IMG/VR virus record: IMGVR_UViG_3300032242_003291
Coordinates: 186,001 to 250,000 of that record
Strand: one strand, 5' to 3'
Length of the DNA stretch: 64,000 nt
Shown: piece by piece, positions 1 to 8,593 of the stretch
How positions within the stretch are numbered: the first letter of the stretch is position 1
Layout of the letters: each line of letters opens with the position of its first letter
Made by a program: the position numbers and the translations under genes
Notes under the pieces: generated by a model
The model's input: only the letters and a program-made list of their open reading frames with translations
Databases searched by the model: none
Told to the model about the DNA's origin: nothing

Positions 1-22
1 TATTGTCCTCCCGATTTCTATA

Positions 23-54
23 CAAAGATAAGAACTTTTTTACAAACCGTCAAA
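23..54 (-). promoter_or_regulatory. Bacteroidota primary-sigma promoter (-33 TTTG / -7 TATCTTTG, 20-nt spacer)
   Basis: Minus strand reads TTTG-acggtttgtaaaaaagttct-TATCTTTG; drives a gene beyond the left edge. Confidence 0.8.
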
Positions 55-134
55 TCTTTTTTTCTGAGTTTGGATACCGAGTATCTTTCATCACCTATAA
101 GTTCCAAACTCATTACAAAGATATAAAAAACTTT

Positions 135-389
135 TTAATTAAACAACATCCATCCCAACTTATTTTGTTCTTGATATTGAGAATAAGTACATTTACGTAA
201 AGACTTATAATCAGGTCTTAATTTTACATGTTCAGGATATTTCTTTTCAGATTCAATCCTTTCTTTCATGATACGTTTATATGCTTCTTTCTTACTCGAA
301 GCCCATACATCGTTAAAACCACCACCAATCCAATTGAATAAATAAAGATATTCTCCTGTTGGACTTCTGAAAAGTTTTTCTTTTGTCAT
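135..389 (-). CDS. hypothetical early protein
   Basis: 84-aa ORF directly downstream of the promoter at 411-442. Confidence 0.75.
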   Translation of the reverse strand: MTKEKLFRSPTGEYLYLFNWIGGGFNDVWASSKKEAYKRIMKERIESEKKYPEHVKLRPDYKSLRKCTYSQYQEQNKLGWMLFN

Positions 390-410
390 ATTGTTTCTCT
401 ATTTGTTTCA

Positions 411-442
411 CAAAGATAAGAACTATTTCTGAATCCACCAAA
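411..442 (-). promoter_or_regulatory. Bacteroidota primary-sigma promoter
   Basis: TTTG-N20-TATCTTTG on the minus strand. Confidence 0.85.
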
Positions 443-517
443 CTTTTTTTTAAGTACAGGGTGGGAATTTTTCCAGTCTCCCACCCCGTGGCTTTTGAGT
501 ATTTTAGAATCAGAATA

Positions 518-549
518 CAAATATAGAAAGTATTTTTTACATCACCAAA
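518..549 (-). promoter_or_regulatory. Bacteroidota primary-sigma promoter
   Basis: TTTG-N20-TATATTTG on the minus strand, followed by a GC-rich hairpin at ~458-487 and no ORF. Confidence 0.7.
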
Positions 550-588
550 TTTTTTTTGAAAGATAGTATTTATTAAAAAATCTAATAC

Positions 589-717
589 ATGGCAAAAGCA
601 AAATCGTCAGGAGAATCAAGAAAGGTAACTTTCGGTAAAAGAAAAACAGGAGCAGCTAAAAAGACTTACAACAAACATTCTCCAAGACCAAAAGCTTACA
701 AAGGTCAAGGAAGATAA
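589..717 (+). CDS. small basic Lys/Arg-rich protein (42 aa, ends YKGQGR)
   Basis: Not in ORF track; MAKAKSSGESRKVTFGKRKTGAAKKTYNKHSPRPKAYKGQGR; TATTTAT at 567-573. Confidence 0.7.
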   Translation: MAKAKSSGESRKVTFGKRKTGAAKKTYNKHSPRPKAYKGQGR

Positions 718-753
718 TCTTCAAAACACAAATTAATTTGCTATATTTTTATC

Positions 754-1041
754 ATGTTAGATAAGAAAAGGAGAATCTTTCGCCTGATTGAAAATTATAT
801 CAACGATTATCAGGGTAACGCTGTACAAACTTTGTATGGTAAAGGAGCTCATATCAAAATTCATAACATAAATTTTTCAGTAACTCAAAAATCAATTTTG
901 ATGAAGGCCGTTATTATCTTAGGTGAATTAATCAACGAAGAAGTAATGGATAGGACTCTTGCTGATATACTAATTAACGACGCAATGACCTATTTTTATC
1001 CCGAATGTTCCGTAAAAACTTATATTAGATTTGATGTATAA
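754..1041 (+). CDS. hypothetical protein
   Basis: 95-aa ORF with A-rich initiation context. Confidence 0.7.
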   Translation: MLDKKRRIFRLIENYINDYQGNAVQTLYGKGAHIKIHNINFSVTQKSILMKAVIILGELINEEVMDRTLADILINDAMTYFYPECSVKTYIRFDV

Positions 1042-1043
1042 TT

Positions 1044-1075
1044 TTTGGTGAATTCACACAAAAATAATATCTTTG
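1044..1075 (+). promoter_or_regulatory. Bacteroidota primary-sigma promoter
   Basis: TTTG(1044-47)-N20-TATCTTTG(1068-75), ATG at 1080. Confidence 0.85.
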
Positions 1076-1079
1076 TATT

Positions 1080-1556
1080 ATGAAAAGAATATTATACATT
1101 TTAATACCGTTACTATTTTTATCTTTTACAAAACCATTTTATATCCGTTATAAAGTTTTGTTCACATTAGAAAATTTCACAATATCGGGTAAAAAAGTGG
1201 AAAATATTAAACCAATTTTATATGAAGTTTTAGATAACACTACAGATGATTTATCGTTTAGTTTACATAGTAAAATTTCAGACATCAAAAGTAGTAAGAA
1301 AGCAAATTGTATTGGTTATACCAAATATTATAATTCTAAATTAATCGAGAAGTTGAAAGAAAAAGGGATTGGAAATATCACAATTTCACATGCTAGAGTT
1401 AAAATATTATTGTTTGGTGTTAATATTCACGTATTTAATTCAAACTCTTGGAAAGACCACGACGTATCTGTTGTAAAAAATAACACGACAGGAGATGTCT
1501 ATTATGTAGACCCAAGTCTGTCTGAGGTATTTGGAGATATAATTGTTAAACAGTGA
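1080..1556 (+). CDS. exported protein, transglutaminase-like/cysteine-protease fold candidate
   Basis: N-terminal signal peptide; ANCIGY...HA...HD...YYVDPS resembles a Cys-His-Asp triad layout. Confidence 0.5.
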   Translation: MKRILYILIPLLFLSFTKPFYIRYKVLFTLENFTISGKKVENIKPILYEVLDNTTDDLSFSLHSKISDIKSSKKANCIGYTKYYNSKLIEKLKEKGIGNITISHARVKILLFGVNIHVFNSNSWKDHDVSVVKNNTTGDVYYVDPSLSEVFGDIIVKQ

Positions 1557-2589
1557 TATTGACAGGATAACCAGGGTATCCATCTCCTTCTTTGAAGGCA
1601 ACTGCATTTCTCACAACACTATATAAAGTTCCTTTACCAGTAAAATAACCCGATAATGCATCTGTGAAATTTTGCATAATTTTTTCTTTTGGTAATCCAA
1701 CACTGTTAAAATCATAGTTGTCTCTTACAGTTACAGATGTTTTGTCTGGGGACACTTTGATTGCTGGTGGGTCAACTTCCCCTAACGTATACATAAACTC
1801 ACCCGCTAAACCAGGGTCGAATAGACTTCCTTGACCCGATGATTTCAAATTTTGGCTTTCTTTTTCAGAACCAGTGGCTGTCATTGCTGTTGGTAAATTT
1901 CCAGCACCTATTGACTTCCAAAGAGGATAAGTTAATCCTTTTTTAGCATTTGCTATTGCAACGCTTTTAAGAAATTCTTGTTCTTTTCTTGTTAAATCGG
2001 CAGCTGTAAATGGCTCAGTTCTACCACCCAAATAATCCATTAAAGCTCTAATGTGTAATGGTAAACTAGATTTTTTTGCTGGCGGAACTTTTTTAAGTTG
2101 TTTCATAAATCCCAAATATTGTTCTTGAGTCATTCCACCATGTGTTTCTCTTTCAAATCTTCCACCTTTACCCAAATAATCACTGTGTAAATTAGCATCA
2201 TCTTTTGGAAATAACGATTTGTTTAGTCCTGCGAACTTTGGATTGAGAGAAACGTCTGTCTTTCCAATCGATTGTTTTTTTTGTGTTTTACCTGTTGTTG
2301 GTTTTGGTGTAAATGGTAAATTGTTCAATGGTGGTAGTCCACCTATGAATCTTTTTAGTGCGGCATCGGTAAGGTTACCAAAATATCCTGTTGGCACCAT
2401 AGAATCGGTTTTAAGGTATCCTGAATCTATTAATTTTTGTTGTAACGCTTTAACATCATCTCCTCTATCACCAAATTTCAAGTTTTTCGGGTTGAGGTTA
2501 ACATAGGGACTTTGGATATATTTTTGTTCCCTCAAAACCTTTTTAACTATTTTAGTTAAGTCCGATTCTTTTAATTTTATTATTTTCAC
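1546..2589 (-). CDS. leader-bearing protein with peptidoglycan-binding (PG_binding_1-like) domain
   Basis: MKIIKLKESDLTKIVKKVLREQ leader; LKFGDRGDDVKALQQKL...TGYFGNLTDAALKRF. Confidence 0.75.
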   Translation of the reverse strand: MKIIKLKESDLTKIVKKVLREQKYIQSPYVNLNPKNLKFGDRGDDVKALQQKLIDSGYLKTDSMVPTGYFGNLTDAALKRFIGGLPPLNNLPFTPKPTTGKTQKKQSIGKTDVSLNPKFAGLNKSLFPKDDANLHSDYLGKGGRFERETHGGMTQEQYLGFMKQLKKVPPAKKSSLPLHIRALMDYLGGRTEPFTAADLTRKEQEFLKSVAIANAKKGLTYPLWKSIGAGNLPTAMTATGSEKESQNLKSSGQGSLFDPGLAGEFMYTLGEVDPPAIKVSPDKTSVTVRDNYDFNSVGLPKEKIMQNFTDALSGYFTGKGTLYSVVRNAVAFKEGDGYPGYPVNITV

Positions 2590-2897
2590 TATAACGAAGA
2601 TTTATTAAGTGATTTATATAGGTCAGAATTTTCTTTTTGTAGATATTCAACTTTGACTGCTAATGCAGCAACTTGTTCAGTCAATTTCAATATAGTCTGT
2701 CTCATTTCATCTTTTTCTTTTGATGAATTTTCTAATAGTGCCTCCAACTTCGATATTCTGTCTTTACAATCGTGACGAATGAATTCTTCATCTCTTTCTT
2801 TTCTTAATGATTTTTTCTCATAAAATCTCCAAGCACTCGCAGAACCTAAAACTCCAACTATAGTAATTAAAACTGTCCAAACATTTTGTTGTTCCAT
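2589..2897 (-). CDS. membrane protein with coiled coil, holin-like
   Basis: One N-terminal TM helix plus charged coiled coil; TATTTAT at 2912-2918; upstream of a PG-binding gene. Confidence 0.5.
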   Translation of the reverse strand: MEQQNVWTVLITIVGVLGSASAWRFYEKKSLRKERDEEFIRHDCKDRISKLEALLENSSKEKDEMRQTILKLTEQVAALAVKVEYLQKENSDLYKSLNKSSL

Positions 2898-3047
2898 TAT
2901 TCTATTTTAGAATAAATATTACACATTCAAAGAAAAAGTGTCTTTTGGTCAGGATGGAAATAATTATTATTCTTTCAGAATAATAATAAGAATTAATAAA
3001 ATACTAAAAAAAAATTAAAAAACTAGTAATACTAGTTCTAGGGAATT

Positions 3048-3341
3048 TTATTGGAAAACTACACCTACCTCAAAACCTAACAAACCTTCGAGTAGTCGTG
3101 TAACTCGATGACTTTCCAAAACATCACCATCACTATTAAAATGATAGTATTGTTGTTTTGGTGGTGGGTTCTTTTTTTTAAGGACTAAAAAGATGGCGTG
3201 AGAATTAGGGACCCACTCTTTGACTTCCTCATCGTATTTTTGAGTTGGAATAATATCCATATCTACAATAGATATGTCATCTCCGTAGGAGGTGTCCAAG
3301 GAGGATTCTACAAGTCGTTTTATTCTGTCTATTTTGTCCAT
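3048..3341 (-). CDS. hypothetical protein (Y-x-G paralog family)
   Basis: 97 aa, ends LLEGLLGFEVGVVF. Confidence 0.7.
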   Translation of the reverse strand: MDKIDRIKRLVESSLDTSYGDDISIVDMDIIPTQKYDEEVKEWVPNSHAIFLVLKKKNPPPKQQYYHFNSDGDVLESHRVTRLLEGLLGFEVGVVFQ

Positions 3342-3484
3342 ATTTTGTCTCTCATTATCTTAACGACTCTTTACCCCAAATGAATAACATCTTTGAAATT
3401 TGATATGTTTATGTTCGTTTGAGACATAAAAAAAGACCCATTAAGGGTCCTTTAAGTATAAGTTATAAATTTTGAAAGTTCAAA

Positions 3485-3982
3485 TTATTTTCCTTTAATC
3501 ATTTCCATTGCATGTTTCAAAAACTCTTTTGCTCTTGGTGCAACATGTTCCATTCCATAAACCTTTTCGATGTCTTTAACTAATTCTTCACCGTGTTCGT
3601 TTTCTTTGTATAACTCGATGATTTTATCCATTGCGGTTCCACACTCTTTTTTAGTTTCGTCAAAATAGTTGTACGGTTTGAATCCTTTTAGGTGATTCAT
3701 AACGTCATACGCCAAATGTTCTCCACCATCTGAAACCTTTGGGTGTAATCTTAAAGTTTTTAACAATTCAAGTTTGTCAACTAGTCCGTGAACACCTTGT
3801 TTTCTTAATTTAACTCCATCGATATAGTCATCTGCATCACCATCACCCATAATTTCTTCTAATGTCTTAACATTTCCACCATGACAGAATTTTCTGTCAT
3901 CTTTTTGTTCTGACTGCTCAACCAAATACAGTTTTTGTATTTGTTGCTTTTCTGATTCTGTTATTTCAAATCTTTTTCCCAT
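3485..3982 (-). CDS. leader-bearing hypothetical protein
   Basis: MGKRFEITESEK...LVEQ; TATTTAT at 3987-3993; terminator at ~3428-3450. Confidence 0.8.
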   Translation of the reverse strand: MGKRFEITESEKQQIQKLYLVEQSEQKDDRKFCHGGNVKTLEEIMGDGDADDYIDGVKLRKQGVHGLVDKLELLKTLRLHPKVSDGGEHLAYDVMNHLKGFKPYNYFDETKKECGTAMDKIIELYKENEHGEELVKDIEKVYGMEHVAPRAKEFLKHAMEMIKGK

Positions 3983-4017
3983 AACAATAAATATATTGAA
4001 GTATTAAATTGTTTTTT

Positions 4018-4731
4018 TTACAAAATATCGTGTAAAAAAGAATTTTTCTTGGTTTCTGATAAATACTCTTTGGTAAATGAAAATGGGTCGTAAGGAATTA
4101 CGTTAAAAACTTTTTTATAATAACAATAAATCCTTTTTGCCGAGTCAAATTCATAAATTTGGTCAAATTTCAAAGGTCTTGTGGTGATAAATCGATTATT
4201 TTCAATTTTTTGACGAATTTTTTCACTATCGATTGAAGAATCCGATTTAATAAAACTTAAATTTTCTAAATCTTCCTTTAAATTTTCCATTCTAATAAAA
4301 TACTCAGGAATTCTACTATCAAAAGTCCATTTTGAAAAAAAATTGTAGTTAATATTATCAGTTTGATTAAATTTTGATAATTCCACTAAAGTTTTTCTTT
4401 TGATAAATGATTCCAATACCCATTCGTTAAACCTTTCTTTTATTTTTTGATAAATTGACTTTTCGATTACCACATCTCCGTATTGAGTTAACAAAAAAAC
4501 AGCAAAAATTCTATCATAAGGGTTCCTAACACTACAAATTAGTTTATAATTCGAGAATTCTTCAGGTATTTGATTAAAATGACTAGTATACCTCTCTTTC
4601 AAAGATATTTCATCATTTGTTTTCGAATTATAAACAAAAAAGTCATAATCGGATAAAATTTCTCTTGTAATTTTTGTACCACACCTTTCAGGTGCCCACC
4701 ATATAACATTATGTTTGTAAGATATGTTCAT
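4018..4731 (-). CDS. sulfotransferase (Sulfotransfer_2-like)
   Basis: PERCGT 5'-PSB-like loop, SVRNPYDR 3'-PB motif, FIRMENLKEDL. Confidence 0.75.
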   Translation of the reverse strand: MNISYKHNVIWWAPERCGTKITREILSDYDFFVYNSKTNDEISLKERYTSHFNQIPEEFSNYKLICSVRNPYDRIFAVFLLTQYGDVVIEKSIYQKIKERFNEWVLESFIKRKTLVELSKFNQTDNINYNFFSKWTFDSRIPEYFIRMENLKEDLENLSFIKSDSSIDSEKIRQKIENNRFITTRPLKFDQIYEFDSAKRIYCYYKKVFNVIPYDPFSFTKEYLSETKKNSFLHDIL

Positions 4732-4767
4732 ACTTTGGAAATATAATCTATTTATAGTAAAAAATAT

Positions 4768-5433
4768 ATGAAAAAATCATTCAAAAAATTTTGGTTACCT
4801 GTATTAGTAGGTTTCAGTCTTTTTATCTTGTCTTTCGTTGGTGCAAAAGCACAAGATGTTGTTGTTTTGAAACACACAAATTACACATCACATTTTAGTA
4901 AATCAAAACACTACCCAGTTATGGTTGAGTGGTGGATTACTAAAGCAAAAGCGGGTTGTGCAAATCAACTTGCAAGAAAAGACAACTTCAAACCTGACCC
5001 TTTATTGTTGAAAGAAACTGATTTAGCGGCAGACTACGTAGGTAGTGGTACTGATAGAGGTCATAATATGCCAGCGGCGGAAAACCAATGTCAGACTGCT
5101 ACAGTTCAAGACGAATGTTTTTACTTCTCAAACATGACACCACAATATCATTCACTAAATGCTGGTGATTGGAAAACATTAGAAGTTTTAGAAAGACAAA
5201 TTGCTAACGATAATGATTCAGTTCACGTTTGGTGTGGAAGTATTGGTGAAGCAAAGAAAATTGGAAAAGTCTCGGTTCCAACTGAATGTTGGAAAGTTAT
5301 TTACGTATTAAAAACTAAAGAATGGATGGCCTATGAGTTTAAGAACACAACTGATAAACCATCAGGGTTAAACTCTCATAAAGTAACTGTTGCAGATATT
5401 ACAAAATTAACAGGATTAAAATTCGTTAAATAA
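4768..5433 (+). CDS. exported DNA/RNA non-specific endonuclease (NucA/Serratia family)
   Basis: Signal peptide; DRGH motif, FYFSNMTPQ, LNAGDWKTLE, VPTECWKV. Confidence 0.9.
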   Translation: MKKSFKKFWLPVLVGFSLFILSFVGAKAQDVVVLKHTNYTSHFSKSKHYPVMVEWWITKAKAGCANQLARKDNFKPDPLLLKETDLAADYVGSGTDRGHNMPAAENQCQTATVQDECFYFSNMTPQYHSLNAGDWKTLEVLERQIANDNDSVHVWCGSIGEAKKIGKVSVPTECWKVIYVLKTKEWMAYEFKNTTDKPSGLNSHKVTVADITKLTGLKFVK

Positions 5434-5646
5434 ATATTTGTTGATATTGTCTATCGTATTCACAGATTCATATCTGTCATAAACAAAGTCCCACAATGTT
5501 TTATTTTTTAAGAACGGGTGGGGCTGTGTTTTAGCCCAAGATTTACCAAGGGAGTAATCCTTGGAACTCCATGTTAATTTTTTAGAAGGTTTTTTTATAA
5601 AAAAACCTTTAATTTTTATTAAAATTTTACACCAAACAGAAGACAT
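5416..5646 (-). CDS. hypothetical protein
   Basis: 76-aa ORF convergent with the nuclease gene. Confidence 0.6.
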   Translation of the reverse strand: MSSVWCKILIKIKGFFIKKPSKKLTWSSKDYSLGKSWAKTQPHPFLKNKTLWDFVYDRYESVNTIDNINKYLFNEF

Positions 5647-5743
5647 ATTAATGTAATTGTACTTATCAGTAGAGCAATGTCAAGTTTACTGATTTTATGT
5701 TTTGTGAGAAACGTTGTTATTATTTTTTTCACATCCATGATAT

Positions 5744-5769
5744 AAAAAACCCCCTATTAGAAGGGGGTT
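5744..5769 (-). terminator. intrinsic terminator
   Basis: aacccc(c)t-loop-agggggtt hairpin with U-tract on the minus strand. Confidence 0.75.
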
Positions 5770-5776
5770 AAATTTT

Positions 5777-6187
5777 TTATTTATTAAAAGAAATATTAAT
5801 TACTGTTGAGTCGTTTAATAAACCCCAATCTAATAATTTTTCATCTGGTCCGTCAGTTTCTAAAGTCACTCTTAACGCAGTTTCAAAAATGTCAGCATCT
5901 AACTTAATGGTGTTTCCTGAAGTTTGTACCCCTCTATTAACATAAACGCCATCGTTTACATTGAACATTAATGATGAATCACAAATACTACCACCATCAC
6001 CTCTTTCATTAGTATAAAAATGGATTTGCTTGTTATCAGTACCTGTCCATTCAATTGTTTTATCTTCAATTGTACTGTTAGGTGCTATCATTGTTTGGTC
6101 GGCAAGTTCAGGTGTATTTACAATACCTGAAATACCATCAACTTTAACAAAAAAGTCTGTGTTATTTCTTAAATTTATTTTTGCCAT
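5777..6187 (-). CDS. hypothetical beta-rich protein
   Basis: 136 aa; TATTTAT at 6203-6209. Confidence 0.75.
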   Translation of the reverse strand: MAKINLRNNTDFFVKVDGISGIVNTPELADQTMIAPNSTIEDKTIEWTGTDNKQIHFYTNERGDGGSICDSSLMFNVNDGVYVNRGVQTSGNTIKLDADIFETALRVTLETDGPDEKLLDWGLLNDSTVINISFNK

Positions 6188-6219
6188 ATTTTTGTTTAAT
6201 TAATAAATATCTACAAATT

Positions 6220-6414
6220 TTATAGATACAGTTTTTGAGTTTCCATTTCCAATCTTTTAGCTTCTCTTTTTAATTGGTCAATTCTTATTTGGTCTTTTGG
6301 AGATACTTCAAAGTTTTCAGCTTGAATTACTCTAATTTGTTCTTGAATTCTTTGGAATTGGAAAAGTAATTTATTATAGGCTTGAGCTTTTTGTTCGTTT
6401 GTAAGTCTTTGCAT
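6220..6414 (-). CDS. hypothetical coiled-coil protein
   Basis: 64-aa helical ORF. Confidence 0.7.
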   Translation of the reverse strand: MQRLTNEQKAQAYNKLLFQFQRIQEQIRVIQAENFEVSPKDQIRIDQLKREAKRLEMETQKLYL

Positions 6415-6455
6415 GATTTTTTCTTTTAATTTAATTAGTAATTCAAAATTGTAAA

Positions 6456-6740
6456 TTACTCTTCGTATTTTATATTCTCAAAATTTTTGTTAATATCATC
6501 CAAATTTTTATCTAGTCTTCCTTGTAATTCTGGATGTAATTTTTTCCCTGTTTTGAACATTGCAAGAAGTTCTTGCAGTTTATCCATTATTTCTTCAACA
6601 GTTTCTTCAACATCTTCGTTACCATTGCTAGTGTCTATTTGCATTGGTTGTGAATAAATATCCAAATCCATAGCAACAGCATTTAAGCCTTGTTCTTGTA
6701 ATTTTTTTAGTTGTAATTCTGTTAAAATATATTTAGCCAT
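6456..6740 (-). CDS. leader-bearing hypothetical protein
   Basis: MAKYILTELQLKKLQEQ. Confidence 0.8.
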   Translation of the reverse strand: MAKYILTELQLKKLQEQGLNAVAMDLDIYSQPMQIDTSNGNEDVEETVEEIMDKLQELLAMFKTGKKLHPELQGRLDKNLDDINKNFENIKYEE

Positions 6741-6749
6741 TTGATATGA

Positions 6750-6761
6750 TATATTTATAAA
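6750..6761. promoter_or_regulatory. palindromic TATTTATAAATA, candidate bidirectional phage-class promoter
   Basis: Sits between divergent genes starting at 6740 and 6777 and gives TATTTAT on both strands. Confidence 0.6.
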
Positions 6762-6776
6762 TATAAAACAATACGT

Positions 6777-7586
6777 ATGAAAAACTTATTTTTGATTTTA
6801 GGAATAATTCCAATCTTGTCATTTGGACAAGTTTCCAATTGGAGAAGTAATCCACCTCAACAACACTCAACACAACAAAGGTCTGTTCCTTCTACACCGA
6901 CACCTTCAAGAAATGATAATGTAAGTTCTTGGAGAGCAACACCTCAACCTCAATCACCTCGAGAAAATAATAGACCAATTATTCGACAAAATAATATACC
7001 GTATCGTTACGGTAATCCTTACTATTACTATGGAACATATGGTTGGTATTATCCATCATATTACTATTGGTATGACCCATATGGATTTAGAAATAGAGGT
7101 CAGGTTTACATTTATGAAAATGGTAAATCAGATACTATCAGAACAACACCGACAAGATTTACTGTTGGTATTCAAAAGTCAAATGACATGTTAGGTGCTT
7201 GGTCAACAATTGGAAATGACGGATTTCTTATTTTAGATTACGTTACAACATACGAACAAGACAAATCCGATTTTTTCCCTTATGGAAAAATAACTCAAGT
7301 TGATTTCCCAATGGTCTCTGACTATGTTCAAAGAAATATATTTTACATAGGTGCTGGTAAAACTTTAGACCACAAATGGAGATTAAGTGCAAGTATTGGA
7401 TTCGGCAATGAAGTTGTTAGATATAGAGGTAAAGACGCAATTGGATACATTACATTTCCAAAATATTCAGGAAATTTTACAACAGTTAAACTTGGATTAA
7501 TTCGTAACTACAAAAAAGTATCTGCTAAGTTTGATTACGACCTAAGTAAAAAATATCTTTCTTTAGGATTAGGTGTAAATTTTTAA
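6777..7586 (+). CDS. exported protein, probable outer-membrane beta-barrel with low-complexity N-terminus
   Basis: Signal peptide, Pro/Gln/Tyr-rich linker, alternating beta strands, terminal LGLGVNF beta-signal. Confidence 0.6.
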   Translation: MKNLFLILGIIPILSFGQVSNWRSNPPQQHSTQQRSVPSTPTPSRNDNVSSWRATPQPQSPRENNRPIIRQNNIPYRYGNPYYYYGTYGWYYPSYYYWYDPYGFRNRGQVYIYENGKSDTIRTTPTRFTVGIQKSNDMLGAWSTIGNDGFLILDYVTTYEQDKSDFFPYGKITQVDFPMVSDYVQRNIFYIGAGKTLDHKWRLSASIGFGNEVVRYRGKDAIGYITFPKYSGNFTTVKLGLIRNYKKVSAKFDYDLSKKYLSLGLGVNF

Positions 7587-7587
7587 G

Positions 7588-7920
7588 ATGATTACAGTTT
7601 CACAAAAAGCACTAAACCACATAATAGAATTAATGATTGAGTCTGACTTAACACCAGACTCTCATCATTTAAGGGTAGGTGTTAAAGGTGGTGGATGTAG
7701 CGGTCTATCTTACGTTATGGAATTTGGTGATGAAGTTGAACCAACAGATGAAATTATTTCTGTCGATGGGGGTTTGAATGTTGTGATTGACCGAAAATCA
7801 GTTTTATATCTTTACGGAACTGAATTAGATTATTCTGATGGACTTAATGGAAAAGGATTTCAATGGATAAATCCAAATGCAAGCCGTGAATGTGGTTGTG
7901 GTTCCTCTTTTGCAATATAA
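7588..7920 (+). CDS. iscA: A-type Fe-S cluster carrier (HesB/IscA/SufA)
   Basis: LRVGVKGGGCSGLSY, GTELDY, NPNASRECGCGSSF. Confidence 0.95.
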   Translation: MITVSQKALNHIIELMIESDLTPDSHHLRVGVKGGGCSGLSYVMEFGDEVEPTDEIISVDGGLNVVIDRKSVLYLYGTELDYSDGLNGKGFQWINPNASRECGCGSSFAI

Positions 7921-7989
7921 GATTACGATTTTACTTTTTTAAGATTAGGATTTTACTATTTTATAAGATATTTATAATAAACATTTTAT

Positions 7990-8568
7990 ATGTGGTTAAA
8001 TAAAATTAAATTAGTTGAAAGTACTTTTATCAAAAAAAACTCAACAGGTAAGTCATTTGAATATAAAAGAAAAAAACAAGTCGCTGAATTAAAATGTGAC
8101 AATTGTGAAAATTTTTTTGACAGAGATATTCACGAATTAGCAACAAATAGAAGAAATAATAATTACAAACATTTTTGTAACGAATGTGATGCAAAAAGTT
8201 TAGGTGGTAAAATGGCTGGTAAAATCAGAAATAAAAAATATGAAGGGGAAATTGGTAAAATAATAAAACCAAAAGGTGGATATTATGAAATTTATGTCAA
8301 AAAAACTCACCAATACAGGCCAGAACAAAATTGGGTTAGACAACACATATTTGTTATGGAAAATAACATCGGTAGAAAATTGTTAGAAGATGAAGTTGTT
8401 CATCATATAGATGGAGATAAATTAAATAATGATATCAAAAATTTAGATGTATGTTCAATATCAGAACACAATAGTTGTCATGCAAAAGCGGAACAAATTG
8501 TTTTTCAATTATACAAAGAAGGTAAAGTTGGATATGATAAAATAAAAAAACTTTATTATATTATCTAA
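7990..8568 (+). CDS. free-standing HNH endonuclease with Zn-binding CxxC pairs
   Basis: VVHHIDGDKLNNDIKNL; CDNC and CNEC; TATTTAT at 7969-7975. Confidence 0.85.
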   Translation: MWLNKIKLVESTFIKKNSTGKSFEYKRKKQVAELKCDNCENFFDRDIHELATNRRNNNYKHFCNECDAKSLGGKMAGKIRNKKYEGEIGKIIKPKGGYYEIYVKKTHQYRPEQNWVRQHIFVMENNIGRKLLEDEVVHHIDGDKLNNDIKNLDVCSISEHNSCHAKAEQIVFQLYKEGKVGYDKIKKLYYII

Positions 8569-8593
8569 TCTAATCAATTAGTATTTATAATAG

